From Candidatus Abzuiibacterium crystallinum (GTDB lineage: Bacteria; Omnitrophota; Omnitrophia; Omnitrophales; Abzuiibacteriaceae), in NCBI GenBank assembly GCA_002787155.1, contig PCVY01000023.1, positions 6,828 through 70,827 on the forward strand: 64,000 bases of DNA. Reading direction: 5' to 3'. The notes beneath the pieces were generated by a model that saw only the letters and a list, made by a program, of their open reading frames with translations, searched no databases and was not told where the DNA came from. Made by a program: the position numbers and the translations under genes. Shown here piece by piece: positions 17,518 through 26,264 of the stretch. Position 1 is the stretch's first letter, and the number at the start of each line of letters is the position of its first letter.

Positions 17518-17906
17518 TGATGAGTGAAAAAAATCAACCCAAACGCCAAATTAATTCGCGTCAGGTACCGCGGGTGCCTGTCCAAGGCAAAATCCAACTT
17601 GTCATTTCACCCCGTATGCAAAGTGCGGTTGGCTTGGTCCAGAAACGCATTGAGGGCGAACTGACCGATATGAGTACGCTGGGTTTGGGGATGACCTCCG
17701 GCATTTTTTTACCCAAAGGGTCAAGAATTCAAGGCCAAGTCAGCTCAGCAAGGATTTTTAAATCCCGGCCGCTCCGCTTTGTCGGCACGGTGATGAACAT
17801 TGGCATGCAATCGGGTCATCGTTACCGGGTTGGGATTAAGTTTGAACGGATCAAGTCTCATGATCGCGGCCTCATCCAAAACTTCATTGACCGTGAGTCA
17901 ATTTAA
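17517..17906 (+). CDS. PilZ domain protein (c-di-GMP receptor)
   Basis: RxxxR (RQVPR) and DxSxxG (DMSTLG) motifs are present at the correct spacing. The start MMSEKN overlaps the upstream stop (TAATG). Confidence 0.75.
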   Translation: MMSEKNQPKRQINSRQVPRVPVQGKIQLVISPRMQSAVGLVQKRIEGELTDMSTLGLGMTSGIFLPKGSRIQGQVSSARIFKSRPLRFVGTVMNIGMQSGHRYRVGIKFERIKSHDRGLIQNFIDRESI

Positions 17907-17911
17907 TTATC

Positions 17912-19771
17912 ATGACCAGGATGTCCCCGCGTTTTTCTCTGTCTCAAGATCATAAAAAGCTTGGGCCCTTTATCAGTTTCTTCCTCATGGCTTTGGTTTT
18001 GCTGGTATTTTTTCAGGTCCGCACGTTCGAATTCATTAATTACGACGATCAAACCTATGTAGCGGATAATCCCCATATCACAGACGGCCTCACGCCTCAA
18101 GGTGTTGCGTGGGCCTTCAAGGCCGATTTGGTGAGCGATTCGCCAAATGCCGATTATTGGCAGCCGCTCACTTTTATTTCGCGGATGATGGATATCTCGC
18201 TTTTTGATCACCGTCCGAGCGGTCATCATTTGATGAATGTTTGGTTTCATTTGTTTAATACGCTGATTCTTTTTGTCTGGCTGCGCCGCTCAACCGGATC
18301 CATTTGGGCAAGCGGACTTTGCGCCGCTTTATTTGCGGTTCATCCGCTGCAAGTCGAGCCGGTGGCTTGGGTCACTGCACGCAAAGACCTGTTGAGCACT
18401 TGTTTTGCTTTGCTTGCTTTGTGGCAATACGATGGTTATGTTCAGCACCGCCGGAAGGCTGCTTATGTTTTAGTTTTTGTCTTATTTCTGCTCGGCATTT
18501 TTGCCAAACCGATGGTGATGACACTGCCGATTTTGTTCTTGCTGTGCGACTTTTGGCCTTACAAACGTTTTAAACAAGCGACCGCCCGAAACTTGATTGT
18601 TGAGAAAGCGCCTTTTCTTATTTTGTCAATTTTTTCTCTTTTAGTGACACTCAGGACACAGTCCTTTGTTTATCAGCTTGATTCCTGGCTCGTCATGATG
18701 AAGCGTATACCGGCCGCATACGTCTGGTATCTATTTAAATTCTTCTTGCCATTCAACTTGGCTTTGCGAAACGGCCAGCTATTCTATGAACCGCTCATGT
18801 GGCAGTGGTTGTTAGCGGCAGGGTTTTTAGCGGGTTTGTTGACAGCGGCCATCCGGTATCACAAACAAGCGCCTTACGTTTTGTTTGGCGTCCTTTGGTT
18901 TCTCGTGACGCTTTCTTTGGTGACTTTCATGCGTGGTTTTAGCGACCGGTTTATGTATTTACCGATGATTGGACTGATCACAGCTTGTGTTTGGTTGGCT
19001 CATGATTTAATAAACTGTCTGTCATTGTCCGCCAAAGGCGGATCCGTCCTCCGGCGGACGAGTGTTCAAGCGACAGTTGTTTCTCTCGTCATTATTTTCT
19101 TAAGCTTCCTGTCATACCGCCAAACCCGTTACTGGAAAAACAGCATCACTTTATTCGAACATGCGATTGAGGTGACCCAGCACAATTACATTGCGAACAT
19201 CAATTTAGGCAGTGCTTTGGTGGTAGACGAATGGCGCCAAGAAGCCAAACAACCCAAACCGGATGTTCAAGAAACTGCAACGCATGATCCTGTGTTTCTC
19301 AATCAATTGGGATATGCATGGGATGAGAGGGGAGACTACGAAAAAGCCATCCGTTATTACCGTCAAGCTGTCGCGGTCAATCCTGATTATGTGTTTCCAT
19401 ATAATAATTTAGGTGTGACGCTTGGCAAACAAGAAAAATACCAAGAAGCCATTCAACAGTTTCAAAAAGCACTTGCCCTGAATCCTCAATACATTGCAGC
19501 GCGTTACAATTTAGCCAAAGCGTATGCCATTGAAGGTAAAATGGAAGACGCCAAAGCCGCTTACGAAAAAGTACTTTCAATCGATCCGGAACATGTTGAT
19601 GCCTTGACCAATCTAGGACACATCTTCACAAGCGAATCTCAATATGCCCAAGCGATTTCTTACTATGAACGTGCGCTTCGGATTTCTCCGCGTCACGGCA
19701 AAGCCCGCTACGGCCTTGGCGTGGCTGAGAGCCAACTCGCACATCTTACTCATTCCGGATTTGCCGAATAA
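17912..19771 (+). CDS. Polytopic membrane protein with C-terminal TPR repeats (TMTC/PMT-like GT-C glycosyltransferase candidate)
   Basis: 619 aa. The N-terminal ~400 aa has many TM segments, with YDDQTYVADNPHI and HHLMNVWFHLFNTLILFVWL, as in TPR-linked GT-C-like proteins. The C-terminus has at least five TPR units (AIRYYRQAVAVNPDY..., AIQQFQKALALNPQY..., AKAAYEKVLSIDPEH..., AISYYERALRISPRH). Confidence 0.6.
   Translation: MTRMSPRFSLSQDHKKLGPFISFFLMALVLLVFFQVRTFEFINYDDQTYVADNPHITDGLTPQGVAWAFKADLVSDSPNADYWQPLTFISRMMDISLFDHRPSGHHLMNVWFHLFNTLILFVWLRRSTGSIWASGLCAALFAVHPLQVEPVAWVTARKDLLSTCFALLALWQYDGYVQHRRKAAYVLVFVLFLLGIFAKPMVMTLPILFLLCDFWPYKRFKQATARNLIVEKAPFLILSIFSLLVTLRTQSFVYQLDSWLVMMKRIPAAYVWYLFKFFLPFNLALRNGQLFYEPLMWQWLLAAGFLAGLLTAAIRYHKQAPYVLFGVLWFLVTLSLVTFMRGFSDRFMYLPMIGLITACVWLAHDLINCLSLSAKGGSVLRRTSVQATVVSLVIIFLSFLSYRQTRYWKNSITLFEHAIEVTQHNYIANINLGSALVVDEWRQEAKQPKPDVQETATHDPVFLNQLGYAWDERGDYEKAIRYYRQAVAVNPDYVFPYNNLGVTLGKQEKYQEAIQQFQKALALNPQYIAARYNLAKAYAIEGKMEDAKAAYEKVLSIDPEHVDALTNLGHIFTSESQYAQAISYYERALRISPRHGKARYGLGVAESQLAHLTHSGFAE
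19028..19058. repeat. GC-rich motif TCCGCC..GGCGGATCCGTCCTCCGGCGGA, copy in the TPR membrane-protein gene
   Basis: The 22-nt core GGCGGATCCGTCCTCCGGCGGA lies at 19037-19058 and is read as GGSVLRR. The same core occurs three times in the giant gene. Confidence 0.8.
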
Positions 19772-19803
19772 TCATTAATAGGTTCTATTAACATTTCTAA
19801 CCG

Positions 19804-19960
19804 GTCATTCTGAGTCCCCTCTGCCGAAGGCAGTGGAGGACGAAGAATCCAGATAAAAAGAGATCCTTCACGGCGTTTACCCTGAGATGCTTCCCGCCAG
19901 AAGCGAGGCTCGCCAAAGGCGGGGCTTCGCTCAGCATGACATCGAAGGGCTCAGGGTGAC
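19804..19960. mobile_element. MITE-like palindromic element (GTCATTCTGAG ... CTCAGCATGAC type)
   Basis: Terminal inverted repeats: GTCATTCTGAG (19804-19814) versus CTCAGCATGAC (19930-19940), plus a second copy CTCAGGGTGAC (19950-19960). There is an inner GAAGAATCC / GATCCTTC pair. It is intergenic, and the antisense ORF 19797..20006 is its translation artefact. Confidence 0.6.
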
Positions 19961-20114
19961 GCTTTGCCATGGCAAACGTCAACAGAACCCAGTCTTTTCC
20001 CAACAAATTTTTCTCTTTTCGTTAAAGATTTCCGTCTCCTGTCGATATTTATGATAGTACAGGTAAGAGTACTTCCTTGTTCCTGGTTCCTGGTTTTAAA
20101 GAGAGCGACTCTGA

Positions 20115-20366
20115 ATGACATTGATCCGAAAAGGGCAGCTGGCAAAAGAGCTTAACATTCCTTGGCCGACCGTGAAGTATTACACGGCAGTGGGGCTTTT
20201 CCCCGTGGCGGGCAGAACGCCCAATGGTCAGCACTTGTACCACTTACCGCTCATTCGAGAAAAATACGAACGCATCAAAACGCTGAAACGTCAGCGTTTG
20301 ACGATCGGTGAAATTATCGATCGTCTCAAAATGGAGAGTATTGTCCAAGAAACAAGCGCGGTTTAA
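20115..20366 (+). CDS. MerR-family HTH DNA-binding protein
   Basis: 83 aa. [45 protein letters not shown]...[10 protein letters not shown] fits the MerR winged-HTH pattern. Confidence 0.7.
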   Translation: MTLIRKGQLAKELNIPWPTVKYYTAVGLFPVAGRTPNGQHLYHLPLIREKYERIKTLKRQRLTIGEIIDRLKMESIVQETSAV

Positions 20367-20389
20367 GCGCGCGCGAGAGGAGAACGGCG

Positions 20390-21445
20390 ATGACGATTAT
20401 CACGATTGCAAACCAAAAGGGAGGTTGCGGCAAAACCACCACCACCGTTAATTTGAGTGCCAGCTTGGCCGAGCGCGGTTACAAAGTATTATTAGTTGAT
20501 CTTGATCCGCAGGCGCACGCCACGCTGGGTTTGGGTATTGATCCTTATGAGCTCAAAGAATCCATTTATGAGATTCTCATTCATCCCGACAGGCATATTT
20601 CGGAAGTGATCCGCCGCACCTGTGTGCCTAACCTTTTTATCGCGCCTTCCAACATTCTCTTATCCGGCGCGGATTTGGACCTCAACAATGTGGTGGGACG
20701 CGAAGGAGTTTTAAAAGACCACTTACGCAAGCTCGATCCGTCCTACGAGTTCGTTTTAATTGATTGTTCACCGTCGCTCAATATCGTGACGGTCAATGGG
20801 TTAACGACAGCCAATTATTTGTTGATCCCGGTGCAAGCGCAGTACTATGCCATGGAAGGGATGAAGCAGCTGTTTAATACCGTTGATATTGTGCGCCGGC
20901 ATCTCAATCATGAGTTAAAATTGCTCGGTATTTTACTCACCATGTATGACGGACGGACCAATATCTGCCGCGATGTCGCACGCGGGATTCGCGAGCATTT
21001 TCAAAACAAAGTCTTCCAAACCATGATCAATGTCAATGTCAAAATTACAGAAGCGCCCAGTGCCGGGAAACCCGTCACCATGTACGACCCTTGTTCGATT
21101 GGTGCGCGTGATTATCAACAATTGACAACGGAAGCTTTGGCCATTCTCAACGGACGCCCTTTTGCACGGCCCGAAATTCAGGAAAAAACCAACGGGGCGC
21201 TGCCGGCACCGGCCGTTGAAGTCACTTCCGAGCCCGCCGCGGAAAAAAGCGAAAATGCCGTAGTGCAGGAAGAAGTTCAGACAGAGAAAACGCCTGATCC
21301 ATCACCGGTTTCGCCGGCACCCGAACCCTCTGCCTCAGAGCCTGCTGAAATTGAAACCCAAACATCCAAAGTCCAAGAAACGCCAAAGACTGAAGAAACC
21401 GAATCCGTTGATATTGAAAAAAAAGACGAAGTAAGCGTCGAATAA
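20390..21445 (+). CDS. ParA/MinD-family P-loop ATPase with a long acidic Pro/Glu-rich C-terminal tail
   Basis: It has the deviant Walker [18 protein letters not shown], then [12 protein letters not shown], then VLIDCSPSL. The last ~100 aa are low-complexity P/E/T/S. Confidence 0.85.
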   Translation: MTIITIANQKGGCGKTTTTVNLSASLAERGYKVLLVDLDPQAHATLGLGIDPYELKESIYEILIHPDRHISEVIRRTCVPNLFIAPSNILLSGADLDLNNVVGREGVLKDHLRKLDPSYEFVLIDCSPSLNIVTVNGLTTANYLLIPVQAQYYAMEGMKQLFNTVDIVRRHLNHELKLLGILLTMYDGRTNICRDVARGIREHFQNKVFQTMINVNVKITEAPSAGKPVTMYDPCSIGARDYQQLTTEALAILNGRPFARPEIQEKTNGALPAPAVEVTSEPAAEKSENAVVQEEVQTEKTPDPSPVSPAPEPSASEPAEIETQTSKVQETPKTEETESVDIEKKDEVSVE

Positions 21446-21454
21446 ATTATTCAC

Positions 21455-23320
21455 ATGGCTAAGAAACCGACAGGGCTCAACAAGAAAGTCTCATCCATTT
21501 TTTCGGGCATTCCTTCATTCGGTGAAGAGAAGGAATCATCGTCACCTGAAGTCAAGCCGGAGGCGCAGGCAGCTGCTTCACTGAGCGGCGCCAAACCTGC
21601 TCAATTGCCACGGCCCATGGAACCAGGCCATCCCATACCAAAGTCAGAATTAAAATTTAATCTTGGCTCTCTTTTTCAAGTGCAGCCTCGTCCCCGGTTA
21701 ATTTTTGATATCGGGTCCAGCAACGTCAAGGCTGTCTTAATGAAACCGGGCTTGCGGTCATGGACCATACAAGATGCGCGTGACAGTGAGTTTACCGTTG
21801 ATCATCAAGGTGTTCGGCGGGCAGCGGGGGATGACATGGTGCTGGCATTAAAAGAAATTGCGGCGGCGCTTGATCCCAAACATGAAGCGTCGGTAGGGAT
21901 GGTGATTGGCAGCGCGAACTCATTTTTCAAAGTGATCCCGGCACCCGAGGGGCCAGAGAACACGTGGCGCGAAGAAATCGTTTGGCAGTTAGCGGAAACA
22001 GCTCCCTTTTCTTTGGAAGAAGCCGAGGTGGAATGGGTGAAAGTGCCTCGGTTGAACTTGCCTCATATCAAAGGTGTGCCGCTGCTCGCTGCTGCGGTTG
22101 AACGTTTTGAATTAGACCGATGGATGACTATTTTTCGGAAAGCCGGTTTGCATCTGGAGCTGATTATCCCTGCACCGCTTGCGGTTGAATCAATGCTCAC
22201 CCGTTATCGCCAGCCGGCAGCCGAATCAATGTTGATTGCAGATTTTGGCGCCGAACACACGCAGTTTTACGTTTTTGTGAAGGGGCAGTTTGTACTCATG
22301 AGAGATATTTCGTTCGGAACAGAACTCGTGATTCGCTCTTTAATCGGACCAATTCAAATTGATAATGAACGAGTTGAAATCGGGTTTCAGGAAGCCAGCA
22401 CCTTGGTTCGGGAATATCAATTATTTGCCGGAATCGGGCAGTATGATTCTGCGCAGCCCAAGCGTTCCCAGTTGGCGGCCCGTGTTCGCCCGCACATGGA
22501 AAAATTGGTCAACGAAATCAAGCGGTCTATCACATATTACCAGACAGAATTTCATGGCCCCGAAGTTTCTAATGTTTTCATTATTGGCGGCGGCGCCGGT
22601 TTAGAGGGGATCGATCAATTTTTATCGCATGAACTCAATGCGTCGGTTTCACGCGTTGACTTGGTCAAAGATTTTACTTGGCACTTGGATCCGCATCTAT
22701 TGAAACACACCCCGTCACTTCGCAGGACTTTCGGGGTGGTGCTGGGCGGCGCATATGTTAAATCACCTCGTATTAATTTTGCTGATTGGCAGGACCGATG
22801 GGCCTCCGTTGCCGCCCAAATCAAACAATGGTCGAAAGTAGCCATGCTGGGTGTCATGGTTGTCGCCGGCATAGGCTGGTCGTCTTTGACTGTGCAGCAG
22901 ACATTGCTTGATCGTGAATTGAAGGCTGTGCAGCAGAAAATTGATCAAGCGGGTCCCGTGACGGCTAAATTAACCGAATTAGAAACGTTAGGGCAGCAAA
23001 TCGAATTACGCCAGTCGCTTCTTGCGCAGGCTTTTGGTTATGAGCCTTATTGGGGAGGTATATTGAGGGAATTGAGTCATTTGATTCCCCGGGAACTGGT
23101 TTTAGATACCTTCAGTGCGGCAGAGAACAAGGGAGTGCCCGAAATCATTTTAACCGGGCATGTTCAAGTTTCGTCCAGACCCAGTGACATGGTGGTATCG
23201 GAATTGCTGCATGTTCTAAACGAATCACCCTTTTTTTCTTCGGCCCAGTTGATTAAGCGAACTCAGCAGGAAGAAGAAACAACCAAAACGACTTTTAGTG
23301 TCAAAGCAGATTTAGCCTAA
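21455..23320 (+). CDS. PilM-PilN fusion (actin-like pilus assembly ATPase fused to a TM/coiled-coil PilN-like module; GspL-like topology)
   Basis: 621 aa. It has a low-complexity N-terminus, then a PilM-like region (LIFDIGSSNVKAVLM ... IADFGAEHTQFYVF ... IIGGGAGLEGI), then a TM helix (VAMLGVMVVAGIGWSSL) and a coiled coil. Confidence 0.7.
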   Translation: MAKKPTGLNKKVSSIFSGIPSFGEEKESSSPEVKPEAQAAASLSGAKPAQLPRPMEPGHPIPKSELKFNLGSLFQVQPRPRLIFDIGSSNVKAVLMKPGLRSWTIQDARDSEFTVDHQGVRRAAGDDMVLALKEIAAALDPKHEASVGMVIGSANSFFKVIPAPEGPENTWREEIVWQLAETAPFSLEEAEVEWVKVPRLNLPHIKGVPLLAAAVERFELDRWMTIFRKAGLHLELIIPAPLAVESMLTRYRQPAAESMLIADFGAEHTQFYVFVKGQFVLMRDISFGTELVIRSLIGPIQIDNERVEIGFQEASTLVREYQLFAGIGQYDSAQPKRSQLAARVRPHMEKLVNEIKRSITYYQTEFHGPEVSNVFIIGGGAGLEGIDQFLSHELNASVSRVDLVKDFTWHLDPHLLKHTPSLRRTFGVVLGGAYVKSPRINFADWQDRWASVAAQIKQWSKVAMLGVMVVAGIGWSSLTVQQTLLDRELKAVQQKIDQAGPVTAKLTELETLGQQIELRQSLLAQAFGYEPYWGGILRELSHLIPRELVLDTFSAAENKGVPEIILTGHVQVSSRPSDMVVSELLHVLNESPFFSSAQLIKRTQQEEETTKTTFSVKADLA

Positions 23321-23334
23321 ACACAGGACAACAG

Positions 23335-23946
23335 ATGGCGGTCAGACCCGAATCGCAAAAAATCGTTTTACAATGGGCTGTCAAAGAGAAAGTGGTATTG
23401 CACTTGTCTGTTTTGGCAGGGTTAATTGTTTTTGCAGCTTTCGCCGTGATAGGTCCGCGGATAGCTGATTTAAACAAACAAAAAGCAAAGTTAAAGGAGT
23501 TTAATTCTTTTTTACTGGGTACACAAGAAGCCGCGAAACGGCTGAGAAATCTAGAACAATTGCTCGCAGATCAGAGGCAGGCATTAAAAGAGCTCAACGC
23601 ACAAACGCTGAAACGAACTTCCATTGCTGCTATGCTGCAGAATTTTACGGCCGCTTCCGAATCACTGCCAATGACCATTTTGGACATCAGACCGGATGAG
23701 GCACCCGCGGTCAATGATCCAAAGGCCGTCGTGCCGGCCTGGAAAGAAAACGGCTTTGATCAAAAGTTATTGAATATTCATTTTCAATGCCGGTACCAAA
23801 CGCTGGGTCGTTTACTGGAACGCTTAGAAGAAACACCTTTAATTTATCATGTCACTAAACTTGAAATGGGGACCAAGGATTTAATCGCACCTAATTTGGA
23901 CATTTCATTAACGTTAGCTTCTTATGTGGAAAATTCACCTCACTAA
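23335..23946 (+). CDS. PilO-like pilus assembly protein
   Basis: 203 aa. It has one N-terminal TM helix, a coiled coil (KQKAKLKEFN...LEQLLADQRQALKELN) and a C-terminal ferredoxin-like region. The position after pilMN supports the call. Confidence 0.55.
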   Translation: MAVRPESQKIVLQWAVKEKVVLHLSVLAGLIVFAAFAVIGPRIADLNKQKAKLKEFNSFLLGTQEAAKRLRNLEQLLADQRQALKELNAQTLKRTSIAAMLQNFTAASESLPMTILDIRPDEAPAVNDPKAVVPAWKENGFDQKLLNIHFQCRYQTLGRLLERLEETPLIYHVTKLEMGTKDLIAPNLDISLTLASYVENSPH

Positions 23947-23955
23947 GCAGATACC

Positions 23956-24489
23956 ATGGCACTCAGCAAAAAAGATAAAATTCAATTAGGCATCATCGTG
24001 ATGATGGTCGGACTGATTATTTTTAAATTGCCGGACTTCGTGCGGTTCGTGAGCGGTACCACACAAAAAGCCTCCTCAGGCGTTCCAAATGCCTTACCGG
24101 CACTGCCCGAGAATGCGCCCGATTTTTTGAAGGCCATGGTCATGCAAGTACGCAGCGGCACCGCTCATCCTCATTTCAATTTAACGCAAGAGCGGGCTCT
24201 TAGAGAACAGCAAGCGCTTCTCAAAGAACAATCCTGGGGAAGAGATCCGTTTTTTTCGATCCCCATTGATGAATCGCGGTCCAAAAAAATCGAAGTCACC
24301 GACAGCTCCGAATTGGTTCTCAAAGCGATCTCATTAAAAGGCACAACCGCCATGGCCATTATTAACCAAACGGTCATTCATGTCGGTGATGAAATTTTGG
24401 GAATGACTGTCAAATCCATTGAGCGCGGTCGTGTGATTTTAGCGAACAGCGAACGCGAACGTGTTTTACGTTTTGGAGGCATGACATGA
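23956..24489 (+). CDS. PilP/GspC-like small periplasmic protein
   Basis: 177 aa. It has an N-terminal TM helix and a C-terminal beta-rich segment (LKAISLKGTTAMAIINQTVIHVGDEILGMTVKSIERGRVIL), as in PilP / GspC HR domains. It overlaps the secretin gene by 4 nt. Confidence 0.45.
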   Translation: MALSKKDKIQLGIIVMMVGLIIFKLPDFVRFVSGTTQKASSGVPNALPALPENAPDFLKAMVMQVRSGTAHPHFNLTQERALREQQALLKEQSWGRDPFFSIPIDESRSKKIEVTDSSELVLKAISLKGTTAMAIINQTVIHVGDEILGMTVKSIERGRVILANSERERVLRFGGMT

Positions 24490-26147
24490 CAAAACCAATC
24501 CAGTTTGGTTTTGTTTTTCTTATGGTGTTGGCATTAACCGTCTCGCAGGCACAGGCAGACTACTCGCCGTCAACCGTTCAAAGCGATGATTCATTGGTGA
24601 CGCTGGATGTTCAGCAAACTGATATCAGAAGCGTGCTTAATCTGCTTGCCGAGCAGTACGACTTGAATATGGTGATTGATGATGACGTGACCGGCCTGAT
24701 CACCATTCGTTTGCAGGATGTCTCACTGCACGGAGCGTTACAGGCCATTTTATTATCGCACGGGTACGATTATGAAACCGTGGATAACATTGTCCGGATC
24801 GCTCCGACCGAAGTCCTGGCAGGCGAAAGAGTCATTCGGCAGGAACGGCAGGGGATTGAACCGCTTGTTTCTGAGGTGATTACGCTGCAATATTTAGACG
24901 CCAGCGACATACGCCCAGCCATTGAGGCGCTTCTCTCAGAGCGCGGTTCCATCAGCGTGGTTGAACGCAAGAACTTTACCGGGTTTCAGTTTGGTGCGCA
25001 GGCTGTTCAAACCGGATCAAGCACTTCCGGCGCAGCTGGTGAAGGATTAATTCGTGATAGACGCAAAGGAGATTCTACTGCACGGTCACGATTTTTATTG
25101 GTGACCGATACGCGCAGCCATGTGGAACGCATCAAGAGCGTGATCCGCAATGTTGATGTCAGGCCGCCGCAAATCCTGATTGATGCCAAAATCTTAGAGG
25201 TAGAAACAGACACCTTAGAGGATTTGGGTATTGAGTTTGATTCGCAAGTGACGCCGCCGACAGAAAATGATCATAACAGCGTGTTAAATTTTGATTTTAA
25301 TCAGGGCGTGAGCGGCAAAACTTTTCCCACGTCAAGTGATCAAGGGCTGAATGTTCAGTTTCAAAAAATCATCGGTGAGAATTTTCAAGCGGTTTTACAT
25401 GCGCTGCTGCAGGATGAGCGAACACGAACGCTTTCCAGCCCGCGTATTTTGGTTTTAGACGGACAAGAAGCTGCCATTTTGGTAGGGGAACAGTTCCCGA
25501 TTTTCGAAAGCACCGTTTCCGATCAAGGAACGGCCACCGAATCACTTTCTTTTTTCCAACCGATCGGTATTAGTTTGCAAGTGATTCCGCAAATTACCGC
25601 TGACAATAATATCCAGATGATCATTCACCCGACCGTCAGCTCAGTCGGTAATTTTGTGACGGGCAGCACCGGGCTCACTCAGCCCCGTATTAACATTCGC
25701 GAAGCTGACACTCAAGTGCTCGTGAAGAACAGCGAAACGCTTGTGATCGGCGGGCTGCTCGAAGACATTACAGTCGAATCTGAATTTAAGGTGCCAATTT
25801 TAGGGTATATTCCTTATCTGGGAAAACTATTTACACGTACCCGGACCGATGTGGATCAAAGAAATCTCATTGTTTTTATTACGCCTCAAATCATCAGCCC
25901 GGATGTTGGGTTGAGTGACAAACGGGCCAAGGAGGCATTCCTGGGCATTGTGGATTCGGATCGTTACGGTTTCTTGCATGAAAGGCGTGAGAATGTTAAA
26001 ACACATATCCAAGAAGGTGTGCGTGCTTTTCATTTAGGTGATTACGAAGTGGCCCGGCAGGCATTTGAACGCGTTCTGCGCTTGGATGATCAAAATCAAA
26101 CCGCCCGTGAGTACCTCAATAAGATCTACAACGCCCTCAGAAATTGA
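24486..26147 (+). CDS. Secretin (PilQ/GspD family) with a C-terminal TPR-like extension
   Basis: 553 aa. It has a signal peptide (FVFLMVLALTVSQAQA), N-domains, and a secretin core: TRTLSSPRILVLDGQEAAILVG...LVIGGLLED...KVPILGYIPYLGKLFTRTRTDVDQRNLIVFITPQII. Confidence 0.9.
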   Translation: MTKPIQFGFVFLMVLALTVSQAQADYSPSTVQSDDSLVTLDVQQTDIRSVLNLLAEQYDLNMVIDDDVTGLITIRLQDVSLHGALQAILLSHGYDYETVDNIVRIAPTEVLAGERVIRQERQGIEPLVSEVITLQYLDASDIRPAIEALLSERGSISVVERKNFTGFQFGAQAVQTGSSTSGAAGEGLIRDRRKGDSTARSRFLLVTDTRSHVERIKSVIRNVDVRPPQILIDAKILEVETDTLEDLGIEFDSQVTPPTENDHNSVLNFDFNQGVSGKTFPTSSDQGLNVQFQKIIGENFQAVLHALLQDERTRTLSSPRILVLDGQEAAILVGEQFPIFESTVSDQGTATESLSFFQPIGISLQVIPQITADNNIQMIIHPTVSSVGNFVTGSTGLTQPRINIREADTQVLVKNSETLVIGGLLEDITVESEFKVPILGYIPYLGKLFTRTRTDVDQRNLIVFITPQIISPDVGLSDKRAKEAFLGIVDSDRYGFLHERRENVKTHIQEGVRAFHLGDYEVARQAFERVLRLDDQNQTAREYLNKIYNALRN

Positions 26148-26264
26148 TGATTTTTTACCCCCATCTCATCAGCCCTGATTTATAATAGAAATTAGCGCCG
26201 TGCGCGAGTTTCTCCCTTTCCCCTCAAATAAGGGGGAGAGGAAATTCGGAATGTCAAAAAATAG

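Noticed and set aside
17903-18250. The 115-aa minus-strand ORF overlapping the start of the TPR membrane-protein gene.
   Set aside because: It lies entirely within the well-supported + strand gene 17912..19771, has no recognisable motifs, and would break the otherwise co-directional operon.
19797-20006. The 69-aa antisense ORF between the TPR gene and merR.
   Set aside because: It is the read-through of the MITE-like palindrome (…EPFDVMLSEA…LRMTG pattern). It has no RBS, and such pseudo-ORFs are typical artefacts of this repeat type.
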